Positions 1 to 10,127 of a stretch of 64,000 nucleotides of DNA are shown here, piece after piece (the first letter of the stretch is position 1; every line of letters starts with the position of its first letter). A program made the position numbers and the translations under genes. The notes under the pieces are model-generated. The model did no database searches, was not told where the DNA came from, and saw only the letters and a program-made list of their open reading frames with translations. This DNA comes from an uncultured Chitinophagaceae bacterium (GTDB lineage: Bacteria; Bacteroidota; Bacteroidia; Chitinophagales; Chitinophagaceae), in the NCBI GenBank assembly GCA_963840755.1, contig CAWJAG010000024.1, forward strand, positions 137,249-201,248, read 5' to 3'.

Positions 1-287
1 ACCACGGCCACCGGGGGCTTAACCACCCGGTGAAGAATATTATCTCTGGCCGTTCAGAAATTACTACACAAAATCATGGTTTTGGTGTAGAACCGGAAGC
101 GGTGAAGAAAGCGGAGCATATTGAGATAACCCATGTAAACCTGAATGATCAGTCTATTGAAGGCATCCGGGTAAAAGGGAAACCTGCTTTTTCAGTGCAG
201 TATCACCCAGAGGCAACGCCTGGGCCGCATGATAGCCGTTATTTGTTTGATGAGTTTATCAAAATGATAGAAGATAATAAGAATTAA
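1..287 (+). CDS. carA: carbamoyl-phosphate synthase small subunit, C-terminal part (truncated by window edge)
   Basis: [10 protein letters not shown] upstream of the ORF, TTQNHGF, and [15 protein letters not shown] glutamine amidotransferase motifs. Confidence 0.95.
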   Translation, partial: HGHRGLNHPVKNIISGRSEITTQNHGFGVEPEAVKKAEHIEITHVNLNDQSIEGIRVKGKPAFSVQYHPEATPGPHDSRYLFDEFIKMIEDNKN

Positions 288-292
288 TAACT

Positions 293-317
293 TGCCGCTT
301 CATCAGCGGCTTTTTTT
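293..317 (+). terminator. intrinsic terminator-like hairpin
   Basis: GCCGCT-TCATC-AGCGGC followed by a T run just after the carA stop. Confidence 0.6.
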
Positions 318-845
318 ATGTTTCCAGAATTACAAACGCCAAGATTTTTATTGCAGGAAATATTACCTTCTGATCAGCCCTTTATTTTTGAAGGGCTGAG
401 CCACCCGGATGTAATTCCTTTCTATGGGGTAAGCTATGATAGTCTGGAAGCGACCGCTGCGCAGATAGAGTTTTATAAAACAATATGGGAAGAAAAAACA
501 GGTTGCTGGTGGAAAATAGTGGATAAGCAAACTGCGTTACCAGTTGGGGCCTGTGGTATCAATTACTATTCAGCCGAACATGAAAAAACAGAGATTGGCT
601 ACTGGTTACTTCCTGCATATTGGCGAAAAGGAATTATGCCGGAAGTAATACCTGTTATGGTGCAACATTTGTTTGCTACCTGGCCATTGCACAGGCTGGA
701 AGCAGTGATAGAAGCTGGTAATGAAGCCAGTTGTAAACTATCAGAAAAGCTTGGCTTTCGCTATGAAGGCACTCTGCGGGATGCGGAAATAAAAAATGGT
801 ATGCGAATTACTTTATTGATGTACAGCCTGCTGAAAACAGATTGA
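318..845 (+). CDS. GNAT family N-acetyltransferase (RimJ/RimL type)
   Basis: EIGYWLLPAYWRKG and N.AS.KL.EKLGF.YEG motifs. Confidence 0.9.
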   Translation: MFPELQTPRFLLQEILPSDQPFIFEGLSHPDVIPFYGVSYDSLEATAAQIEFYKTIWEEKTGCWWKIVDKQTALPVGACGINYYSAEHEKTEIGYWLLPAYWRKGIMPEVIPVMVQHLFATWPLHRLEAVIEAGNEASCKLSEKLGFRYEGTLRDAEIKNGMRITLLMYSLLKTD

Positions 846-868
846 TAACATTTATGTAAATTCGTTGC

Positions 869-1288
869 ATGCAAATCTCCATCATCAACGGTCCTAACCT
901 GAATCTGCTTGGTAAAAGAGAGACAGATATCTACGGCAACCAGCCATTCGAAACTTTTTTGGAAACACTTCGTAAGAAGTATGCCAATATTGAAATCAGC
1001 TATTACCAAAGTAATGTGGAAGGCGAATTGATAAATGAAATTCAACGGGTGGGATTTGATTGTGATGGAATTATTTTTAATCCCGGCGGTTACACACACA
1101 CTTCAGTGGCTATTGGTGATGCTATTGCAGCTATAAAAGCACCAGTGGTGGAAGTGCATATTTCCAATGTGCATGCAAGGGAAGGTTTTAGAAAACTATC
1201 TCATGTAAGTGGTAAAGCGGTGGGCAGTATTTTTGGCCTGGGGTTAAAGGGGTATGAGCTGGCTGTTGATTATTTACTTTCCAAATAA
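869..1288 (+). CDS. aroQ: type II 3-dehydroquinate dehydratase
   Basis: INGPNLNLLGKRE, NPGGYTHTS, EVHISNVHARE. Confidence 0.97.
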   Translation: MQISIINGPNLNLLGKRETDIYGNQPFETFLETLRKKYANIEISYYQSNVEGELINEIQRVGFDCDGIIFNPGGYTHTSVAIGDAIAAIKAPVVEVHISNVHAREGFRKLSHVSGKAVGSIFGLGLKGYELAVDYLLSK

Positions 1289-2178
1289 CTTATTATTTCG
1301 ATTGTTTCACTTGGTGAAAACCATTCATACCCCTCATCTTTTTTAAACCATGTTATCTGCCGCTTGGCATATTGCCGGGTATGGGTTTTAATTAACTCTG
1401 TTACTTTTTCAATACTTGTTTTTGCTTCTAAGCAATCAAACAATTCTGCATAGCCAACTGTTTGCAGTGCATTCAATTGCTGATGGGGGAGAAGTTGTTT
1501 TACTTCATTCAGCAAACCTGCTTCCATCATACCATCAACCCTTGTATGTATGCGGTGGTGCAATTCTTCCTTTGGTAATTCCAACGCAACTTTTATGATC
1601 TTAAAATCTCTTTTTATTTTTTTGCCTTTTTGAAATGACAGGATGGATTGCCCGGTTGATTCAATTACTTCCAATGCCCGCATCATCCGTTGCGGGTTTT
1701 GTATTTCGCCGAAGGAATAGTATCCAGGGTCTTTTTCTTTTACGGTTTGCTGTAACCACCCCAGCCCCTTTGCTTCGTATTGCTTAATTATGTTTTCCCT
1801 TATCTGCGGGTTAATGGCAGGAATAGCATCTAACCCTTCGCAGAATGCTTTGATGTATAAGCCAGTGCCGCCCACCATTACTACTACATCATGCTTCATA
1901 AAAAGCTCATTTACTTTTTGCAAAGCAAATTGCTCAAAAGTGGCTGCTGTTATTTCTTCTGTTATTGAATGTGAGGCAATGAAATGGTGGGGTATTTCAT
2001 TTAATTCCTGTATGGATGGCCTTGCCACACCAATATTTAATTCTTTATAGCATTGGCGGCTGTCGGCAGAAATTATTTCGGTGTTGAAATGTTTGGCAAC
2101 CTGAATGGCTACGGCTGTTTTGCCAACTGCAGTTGGCCCGGCAATGATTACAACAGTTTTTTTTAAAGAGGCTATCAT
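1270..2178 (-). CDS. miaA: tRNA dimethylallyltransferase
   Basis: GPTAVGKT, ADSRQ, VGGTGLY, TRQYAKRQITW. Confidence 0.97.
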   Translation of the reverse strand: MIASLKKTVVIIAGPTAVGKTAVAIQVAKHFNTEIISADSRQCYKELNIGVARPSIQELNEIPHHFIASHSITEEITAATFEQFALQKVNELFMKHDVVVMVGGTGLYIKAFCEGLDAIPAINPQIRENIIKQYEAKGLGWLQQTVKEKDPGYYSFGEIQNPQRMMRALEVIESTGQSILSFQKGKKIKRDFKIIKVALELPKEELHHRIHTRVDGMMEAGLLNEVKQLLPHQQLNALQTVGYAELFDCLEAKTSIEKVTELIKTHTRQYAKRQITWFKKDEGYEWFSPSETIEIISYLESK

Positions 2179-2214
2179 CAGGAATTATTAATTAATAATC
2201 ATTAATTAATAATT

Positions 2215-2778
2215 TTAAACTTCTTCTTCATCCGTAGCAGATTCTTCTTCACCCGAACTTACATCTTCTCCTTCTTCATCTTTTTCGGCAAAGCCTTCGC
2301 CTGCCTGTGTAAGGTCATACTTCTCTTCTATGTCGGCAAATTTTTCTCCCAGCAATCCTTTGGTGCCATACTGGCTTGGTGCAATGCCTTCTGTACGGGC
2401 AATTGAGGGATAAATTGTTTTTGCATTTTCTTCTTTGGATACGTTTATCAGTTCAATTAAGAAAGACCAGTTTTTATTAAAATCATAAACGTATGTAAAC
2501 CGCTGATTGGGGTCTTTTATTTCAGAACCTATGTTTGTTTCCGCCATCAGCAAAGGCGGGGCTTTATATTCTTTATCATAAACCTCCAGCGATATTTCCC
2601 TGCCACGGAGCCAATGGTCGTTGCTACGGAAAAAAGTAGCCTGGTGCTTGTTATCAAATTCGTAAGCTTTTAATATAGCCCCATGCAAATCTAAAAATGT
2701 TTGGGTATGACGGATAACCACATCCCTGTACACACTTTCATCTTCTTCTAAATAAACCCTGAATTTTAAAATAGCCAT
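2215..2778 (-). CDS. pRiA4b ORF-3-like / IS1096 passenger TnpR family protein with acidic tail
   Basis: TFLDLHGAI...YVYDF..W pattern; usual miaA neighbour in Bacteroidota. Confidence 0.7.
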   Translation of the reverse strand: MAILKFRVYLEEDESVYRDVVIRHTQTFLDLHGAILKAYEFDNKHQATFFRSNDHWLRGREISLEVYDKEYKAPPLLMAETNIGSEIKDPNQRFTYVYDFNKNWSFLIELINVSKEENAKTIYPSIARTEGIAPSQYGTKGLLGEKFADIEEKYDLTQAGEGFAEKDEEGEDVSSGEEESATDEEEV

Positions 2779-2816
2779 GAAGCGAAATTAAGATTTTAGA
2801 TGTTACCTGCCCGACT

Positions 2817-4274
2817 TCAATTATTATTAATATTGAGATCAGGCGGGGATTTCAGATTTTTTACTTCAAGACCCAACTCTTCTCCTTTTTCTAGCATAAA
2901 ATTATAAGCTGCTTCATAAGTATTAGGAATTACACCATCGAGCATGGCATCTTTTAGTGCATCTTTTATAATGCCTATTGGTTTCGAAGGCGACAGGCCA
3001 AATGTTTCCATTATTATAGCACCATCAACAGGTGGTTGCCAGTTGCGTATATGGTCGCTTTCTTCCACTTCTTTGCAACGTTGCCTTACCATTTTAAAAT
3101 TTTCTATAAAATTTCTTACTTTATGCCTGTTTTTAGAAGTGATGTCTGCTTCGCAAAGTGTCATCAACGAATCAAAATCTTCACCGGCATCAAATAATAA
3201 ACGGCGGACAGCCGAGTCAGTAATATTTTCTTTTGTTAAACTGATAGGACGGAGATGCAACTCCACCAATTTTTTTACCAACCGCATTTTTTCATTCAGC
3301 GGAAGCTTCAGGTTTGTAAATATTTTTGGAACCATTCTTCCGCCGAGTGCTTCATGGCCATGAAAGGTCCAGCCATGGCCTTCTTCAAATTTCTTGGTGG
3401 CAGGTTTTGCAATATCATGCAATATGGCAGCCCACCGCAGCCATAAATCATCTGTGTTTAAAGAAATATTATCCAGCACCTGCAGGGTATGGTAGAAATT
3501 ATCTTTATGCCCCATGCCATCTTTATATTCTGCCCCTGCTAATTCCACCATTGGTGGAAAGATTATTTTTAACAGGCCGGATTTATATAATAAATCAAAA
3601 CCTATTGATGGTTTATCTGATAAAATAATTTTATTCAGCTCATCTGTTATTCTTTCCTGCGAAATTATTTTTATCCTCTCGGCACTGTCAATAATACCCT
3701 GCCATGTCTTTTCATCAATAGTAAAACCAAGCTGAGAGGCAAATCGGATGCCCCGCATCATCCGCAGCGGATCATCACTGAAAGTTTGCACCGGCTCAAG
3801 TGGTGTACGGATAATTTTATATTTCAAATCTTTTAAGCCATCGAAAGGGTCAATGAGTTTGCCATAATCCTTTTCATTTAAACTGATTGCAAAAGCATTG
3901 ATGGTAAAATCCCTTCGGTCCTGGTCGTCTTTAATAGTACCTGGTTCTACTTCCGGTTTGCGGGAGTTGCGTTGGTAACTTTCTTTTCTGGCACCGACAA
4001 ATTCTATATCAAATCCGTCAGCAATTTTAATATGCGCCGTGCCAAAATTTTTAAAATAATCAACCTGCGGGGCAGGGCTAAACTGTTTGGCTGTTTCATT
4101 CGCCAACTCAATTGCATCACCCACACATACAAAATCGGCATCCTTACTATCCCTGTTGAGTAATTTATCTCTTACAAAACCGCCGATTAAATAAGTTTCG
4201 AACCCCGATGCTTTTATGGCACGGGTTATTTTTTTTAAAATAAACAGTTCTTTATCGTTACACTTGATGTCCAT
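2817..4274 (-). CDS. cca: CCA tRNA nucleotidyltransferase with HD domain
   Basis: GGFVRD..DADF, RRDFTINA, DDPLRMMR, LHDIAK; start placed at MDIKCN. Confidence 0.92.
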   Translation of the reverse strand: MDIKCNDKELFILKKITRAIKASGFETYLIGGFVRDKLLNRDSKDADFVCVGDAIELANETAKQFSPAPQVDYFKNFGTAHIKIADGFDIEFVGARKESYQRNSRKPEVEPGTIKDDQDRRDFTINAFAISLNEKDYGKLIDPFDGLKDLKYKIIRTPLEPVQTFSDDPLRMMRGIRFASQLGFTIDEKTWQGIIDSAERIKIISQERITDELNKIILSDKPSIGFDLLYKSGLLKIIFPPMVELAGAEYKDGMGHKDNFYHTLQVLDNISLNTDDLWLRWAAILHDIAKPATKKFEEGHGWTFHGHEALGGRMVPKIFTNLKLPLNEKMRLVKKLVELHLRPISLTKENITDSAVRRLLFDAGEDFDSLMTLCEADITSKNRHKVRNFIENFKMVRQRCKEVEESDHIRNWQPPVDGAIIMETFGLSPSKPIGIIKDALKDAMLDGVIPNTYEAAYNFMLEKGEELGLEVKNLKSPPDLNINNN

Positions 4275-4324
4275 TGTCGCAAAGATAGTTGGAAGAAAGT
4301 TTAAGGTTTGAAGTTTGATGTTCT

Positions 4325-4894
4325 TCAGGGGCGAATTAATTCTGCCTGGCCATTTAACCACTTTATTATTGATGATGGTATAGCTGGGGTTTCATCACCC
4401 TGCCTGTATTTTACAGTATAATTAACCCCATCTTTTATTGGTTGCGAAATTTCTTTAAATAGTTTTGCCGCAGGCTCACCAGAAATATTTGCAGATGTGG
4501 ATACGATTGGTTTTCTAAAACGTTTTATCAATTGCTTGCAAAATGGTTCATTGCAAATACGAATGGCAATGCTGCCGTCAGCTCCTGTAAGGTTTTCGGC
4601 AAAGCCGATGGCACCTTCATAAATAACTGTTGTGGGTTTTATTGTTTGTTCCAGGTAATCAAAAAGAGTTAAATCAGGCGCAGCCACATATTGTAAAATA
4701 TCTCTTTCATCGGCCACTAATACAATCATTGCTTTTTCATCAGGTCTTTTTTTCAGGGCATATAGTTTTTCTACAGCCGCTTCGTTAGTGGCATCGCAAC
4801 CAATGCCCCAAACGGTATCTGTAGGGTAGAGGATTAACCCGCCTTCTCTCAGCACTTTCAGGCATTGGGTTATATCGTTTTCAAAATTTGTCAT
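4325..4894 (-). CDS. tsaC: L-threonylcarbamoyladenylate synthase (Sua5/YciO/YrdC)
   Basis: YPTDTVWGIGCDA, LKKR, STSANISG. Confidence 0.9.
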   Translation of the reverse strand: MTNFENDITQCLKVLREGGLILYPTDTVWGIGCDATNEAAVEKLYALKKRPDEKAMIVLVADERDILQYVAAPDLTLFDYLEQTIKPTTVIYEGAIGFAENLTGADGSIAIRICNEPFCKQLIKRFRKPIVSTSANISGEPAAKLFKEISQPIKDGVNYTVKYRQGDETPAIPSSIIKWLNGQAELIRP

Positions 4895-6040
4895 AATGAT
4901 TTATAAACACTCATCACCGCTTCCGCACATTTTTGTGGGGTAAAATTTTGTGCCTGTTGAAATCCTTTTTGCTTTAGCTCCTTTGCAAAACCTTTATCGT
5001 TGTATATTTTTTTCATGCCTTCTGCAATTTCTTCTGAGATGGCGGGGTTTACATAGTAAGCCGCATTGCCACCTGCTTCGGGCAGGCAGGAGGTATTGGA
5101 TGTAATAACCGGCAAGCCACTGCATAATGCTTCTAATACAGGTATGCCAAAGCCTTCGAAGTGAGAAGGATAAATCATACATATGGCTGATTGATAAATA
5201 GCGGAAAAATCAATTGCTGATTGGAAGGATGGTGAGGATTTTACAGAAGGATTTTCTGAAAGGAAAATTATTTTTTCTTCCAATCTGTTTTGTGTTATAT
5301 AATCTTTTACCTGTTGTTTGTATTTGCCGCCATCGCCAATAACAACTAAGGGGATGTTTAATTCATTTCTCAGCAAAAACATTGCCTTGCAGATATTCAG
5401 CAGGTTTTTTCTTTCTATTATGGAGCCAACGTATAAAAAGTATTCATCCGGGAGGCGATACTTTTTTTTTACGGCAGTCTTTTTCTGTTTCACTTACAGC
5501 AGTACTGAATGCAGGGTTACAGCTTTGGTAACAAACCGTAATTTTTTCTTCCGGGGTTTTATAAAACTCAATTATATCTTTTTTTGTTTGTTCGCTGATG
5601 GCAATTATTTTATCGGCATTCGCACAGGCATAGCGGAATTTTTTATTGTAGATTTTTACATCAATGGCATTGTATTGTTCCGGGTGCCGCTCATGTATTA
5701 AATCATGGATTGTAACAACGGATTTGATCCCGGTTTTTTGAATGCCCACCGGTATTTCATGGCTAAGGCCATGATAAATATCTATTTTATATTTCTTTAA
5801 ATCATTTTTTACCCAACTGCTACGCCATACAGAAGAAAAAATGTTATTGATGAACGATGCAGGTCTTACTTCCTGTATATTTTTTTCTGGAAAAGAGAAA
5901 AGAGAAGAAGGTTTGGGATTAAAGAGATAATACTGATGTTCGGGATAACAATCCGCTAACGATCGAATAAGTGTCCGGCTGTAATGGCCAAGACCTGTGC
6001 TGTTGTGAAAAGCCCTTTTTGCATCGAAACCGATATTCAT
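4891..6040 (-). CDS. glycosyltransferase family 4 (one frameshift near 5480)
   Basis: N-terminal IGFDAKRAF..TGLG.Y in 5444..6049; C-terminal EGFGIPVLEA in 4891..5493. Confidence 0.88.
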
Positions 6041-6084
6041 GGTGAGCAAAGGTGCGAATTATTTGCTGAATAGCGATATGCAGT

Positions 6085-6130
6085 TGAAGAGTGCGACGCA
6101 AGGGACGATGAAAACAGTACCGCTGCTGGT
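6085..6130 (+). repeat. dispersed intergenic repeat, AGTGCGACGCAA family, copy 1
   Basis: TGAAGAGTGCGACGCAAGGGACGATG...GCTGGT matches 35020-35088 (-) and 56697-56764 (+). Confidence 0.75.
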
Positions 6131-6170
6131 AACATAAATACAATTATTTTCGCAGCAAATTTTATTAAAG

Positions 6171-6977
6171 ATGAAAGAGTTGATTTTAGAAGCATGGGCT
6201 AACCGGGATTTATTAAAGGACAATAAATACAGCGATGCAGTAAGGGCAGTAATTGAAGAAGTGGATAAAGGCCGATTAAGAACTGCGGAGCCCTTTAATG
6301 GTGACTGGCAGGTAAACGAGTGGGTGAAGCAGGCTATACTGATGTACTTTGGCATACAGCAAATGCAAACATGGGATGTGGCACCTTTTGAGTTTTATGA
6401 TAAAATGTTGTTGAAAAAGAATTATAAAGATCTTGGTGTAAGGGCTGTGCCACATGCAGTGGCAAGGTATGGTGCCTATCTTGCAAAGAATGTAGTTTTA
6501 ATGCCGAGTTATGTAAACATTGGTGCTTATGTGGATGAAGGCACAATGGTAGATACATGGGCAACGGTAGGCAGTTGTGCACAAATAGGCAAAGGGGTAC
6601 ACCTGAGTGGCGGTGTTGGCATTGGGGGTGTGCTTGAACCATTACAGGCTAGCCCTGTAATTATTGAAGACGGATGTTTTATTGGCAGCCGCTGTATAGT
6701 AGTGGAAGGGGTGAAGGTGGAAAAAGAAGCAGTGTTGGGTGCTAATGTAGTATTAACCCAAAGCACAAAAATTATTGACGTTAGCGGTAACGAACCAATA
6801 GAAATGAAAGGCCGTGTGCCTGCAAGAAGTGTGGTGATACCGGGTTCTTATACCAAAAAATTTCCTGCGGGAGAATATGGAGTGGGTTGTGCCTTAATTA
6901 TCGGGCAGCGTAAACCAAGTACCGATTTAAAAACAAGTTTGAATGATGCGCTGAGGGATTTTAATGTGAGTGTGTAG
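6171..6977 (+). CDS. dapD: tetrahydrodipicolinate N-succinyltransferase
   Basis: W.VNEWVKQAIL, TWATVGSCAQIG, GGVLEPLQA. Confidence 0.97.
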   Translation: MKELILEAWANRDLLKDNKYSDAVRAVIEEVDKGRLRTAEPFNGDWQVNEWVKQAILMYFGIQQMQTWDVAPFEFYDKMLLKKNYKDLGVRAVPHAVARYGAYLAKNVVLMPSYVNIGAYVDEGTMVDTWATVGSCAQIGKGVHLSGGVGIGGVLEPLQASPVIIEDGCFIGSRCIVVEGVKVEKEAVLGANVVLTQSTKIIDVSGNEPIEMKGRVPARSVVIPGSYTKKFPAGEYGVGCALIIGQRKPSTDLKTSLNDALRDFNVSV

Positions 6978-6991
6978 GTAGATATGCTTCT

Positions 6992-8540
6992 TTATTTTAT
7001 TTCATCTGTAAAATATTTTTTTATAGATGTTGCTTCTTTAAACTGTTCTTCTGTAACAGAATTTACAGCTATTGATATATGCTTATTGCTTTTAGAAAAT
7101 TGGTAAATCTCTTTTCCTAAAAAAAGCGTTTCATTACTGACCCCTGTATAAAATAGTATCATTTTTTCGTCACGGGGTATTTTAAGTTCAAATACACCGG
7201 GTTTTATTTCGCTGGAAAAAGGGATAAAGACCCTGGAATTTAAAAGTATTGCTGAAACATATCCACCCTTTACGTTATTAGAACTTGTTACTGTAATATA
7301 TTCTTTCAAAATGCCATATACTCTATCGCAATTAAAAACTTTTGTATCAAGCACAGGGCCAACGTAAGCAGTACTGTCATACTTAACTTGGAAAGTGGTA
7401 TCAAAATATTTATTGGTAAACTTATTTTTTCGTAATGCCCAGTTTCTTAATTTGGCTTTGAGGTTAATATTAATTGTGAAACTGTCAGGCTTTGTAACAA
7501 TTGTTTCATAAGTTTTATTTGGTCTTATGGATTTGAAACCATTCCGTAATCTTTTATGGCCCGATATTTTTGCTCCATCTCTGTATTTACGTCCCGGTTT
7601 CATTTTATCAAAATCGAGATCGTATAAATTAAAATCTAAGTTCTTCAGATAAGAACGATGTGGCCATTCCCAACTTGCTTGTTTTATTATAAAGGGCCTG
7701 TTTGTGTTTTGCCAGATATTATTTATGGTATCTACTGCTGTGAAAACCTGCATATCTTCTTTAAGGTTTGCTTTGGTTACTGGAATGCTTATCAGAATGG
7801 GAACAGACGGATTTATTTTAAGTGTGTCATAATCTTTTAACAAAAGAAAAGTACCCATTCCCCCGGTTTCAAGGGCTGTACTATCATTTTGCATTGTGTG
7901 CAAACCTGCAAGCAGAATAGCCTCATCTGTTAAATACTCTTTTATGATTAGTTGAAAGTTGCCTGTAACTTTCTCACCCATTTTATTGAGGATGCTGCCC
8001 GGAGGTAAAATAAATTTAGTGCCTTCTTTTGCTTTAATAACTATAGTATCAGATGTTAGCTTCTGCATCAAACTTTTGGGAAGGTTGGTCAAAAAAAACT
8101 GGCTGTAGAATAATTTCTTTTAGAGGAATTGAATTTTCAGGTTCTAAGTATTCAATACTAACTTCCACCCTTCTGTTTTGGAGTCTTCCCTCCTTGTTAG
8201 AATTTGAAGCAATAGGAGAATCAGCCCCAAAATGTGATATTTCAATTTTTGTAATTATACCTATCAACGGAGCAATGAAATCTCTCACACTTTGAGCCCT
8301 TTTTGCCGATAAATTGAAATTATGATTTTCAGAACCGATATTGTCAGTATATCCGGAGATTTTAATTTTCTGAATTGATTTTATACCCGGAGAATTGATG
8401 AACAACCCTAATTCCTGAGCATTTCCTTTACTCAGCCGATATTCATTGGTGGCGAACAGAATCGTTTTATTTACTACTGATTGAGCAAAAGATGAAATTG
8501 TCACAAGTAGGAAGAATAAGTTCAACCGAAGATGTTTCAT
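6992..8540 (-). CDS. exported OmpA-family protein with long C-terminal extension (probably one gene, frameshift near 8070)
   Basis: signal peptide plus GYTDNIG..N..LS.KRA..V and NRRVE in 8049..8540; overlapping ORF 6992..8092 continues it. Confidence 0.7.
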
Positions 8541-8570
8541 AAGTACAATTTACAACTTTATGTAAATTAA

Positions 8571-9472
8571 TCACACCTCATAACAAACCCCTTCCAACGC
8601 CAATTCAGTATTTGCAAAAATTTCCCTTGCTTCTGTTTCAAATTCTTCCAACGTATCATACTTGCTGCTGAAATGGCCAATCAGTAATTTTTTTACCCCT
8701 GCTTTTTTTGCCAATTCTGCTGCCTGTTTGCTGGTGGAATGAAAACGGCTCTTCGGCTCTTTCCCTCAGATTATCGAGATAAGTGGTTTCATGATAGATC
8801 ATATCTGCGCCCTGTATATGCGGAATGATGGATTCATCATATTTGGTATCTGCACAAAAAGCATATTTTTTTCCTGCTTCGGCAGCTTCGGTTACTTCTT
8901 CATTTTTAATTATTGTTCCATCTTTCCGGGTATAATCTTCTCCATTTTTCAGTCTTTCATAAAATGAAGGGGTATCTCATATTCTTTTGCTTTATCAGGA
9001 TTTAGTTTCCTGGGCGTTTCTTTTCTGCAAATGAAAAACCATAACATTCGATCCGGTGATTGGTGCGGAAACATTTTACCGTCAGTTTCTCATTATCTAG
9101 AAGAGTAGCTGGTTCGGTGATGTGATGAATATGTAATGGATAGCACAATTTGGTATCTGCCACTTTTAATTGCAGTTCAATGATTTCTTTCAATGGCGAT
9201 GGGCCGAAGACATGCAGTTCCTGCTGGTGACTCAACAATCTAAAACAGTTGATCAGACCAATCAGACCAAAATAATGATCGCCATGAAGGTGTGAAATAA
9301 AAATGTGGGAAATTTTGCTGCGGCGGATTTTGTAATTGATCATCTGAATCTGTGTGCCTTCGCCGCAATCCACCAGGTAATTATTACCATCCAGCGTCAC
9401 CACCTGGCTGGTGGGATGGCGGTCAAATGCCGGTACTGCAGAATTATTGCCGAGAATAGTAACAGCAAACAT
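8571..9472 (-). CDS. rnz: ribonuclease Z (frameshifted)
   Basis: DCGEGTQ, SHLHGDH; C-terminal GHFSSKY and stop read manually at 8571. Confidence 0.93.
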
Positions 9473-9586
9473 GAAAAGGTATATACAATTTTGATGTGTT
9501 GATTTCGAATAGTCAAAGACTTGAATAGATAACGAAATTGCTGCATTGGAATAAACTCATAATCCAGTAATCTCTAAACTCATAAC

Positions 9587-9962
9587 CTATTCCTCATCCA
9601 AAAACTCTCTTTCTATTTCTTCCATCTGCACAATATCCCATGCTTCACTTTCGGTGGGTGTAACATTCATCATCTCCAAAATTCATTTTGATCAAGAAAA
9701 TCTTCAACCGGTTTTTGCAGTTCGCAAATGACAAAAGAGGCATTGTTTTCATAAAATTTTTGCTGGATATAAACCAGTTTTTCGGCCGCAGCGATATCAA
9801 TGATTTCAATCTCTTTTAGTATCAGCACAAGGTTTTTAACGTCATTTTGCAGGTAAGGAAGCAAACAATCGCCCAATTCATCTGTCATATGTAGCAGAAA
9901 GTGATGGCTCCGGCAACCGTGATGGCATGAAATTTCTCTTTGGTATCAGTTTTGACATTCAT
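9587..9962 (-). CDS. STAS-domain (anti-anti-sigma-like) protein (frameshifted)
   Basis: MNVKTDTKEKFHAI start and TPTESEAWDIVQMEEIERE end read manually; usual rnz neighbour in Bacteroidota. Confidence 0.7.
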
Positions 9963-10127
9963 TATTTCTAGTTTTGTTGGTTAAACCAGCCGAATCATGG
10001 CAAACTAGATAAAAAATATAAAACTGTCAGCTCAAACAACTTAAATTATCAACATTCCGTTTATAATTACGGGAGAACCGGAACCAAATTTATTCGTTAA
10101 TATTGTATCACAACCAATTATCTAAAA

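Noticed and set aside
2215-2778. Mobile element implied by the IS1096 TnpR / pRiA4b family name
   Set aside because: It lies in a housekeeping operon (cca-X-miaA) with no transposase or terminal repeats.
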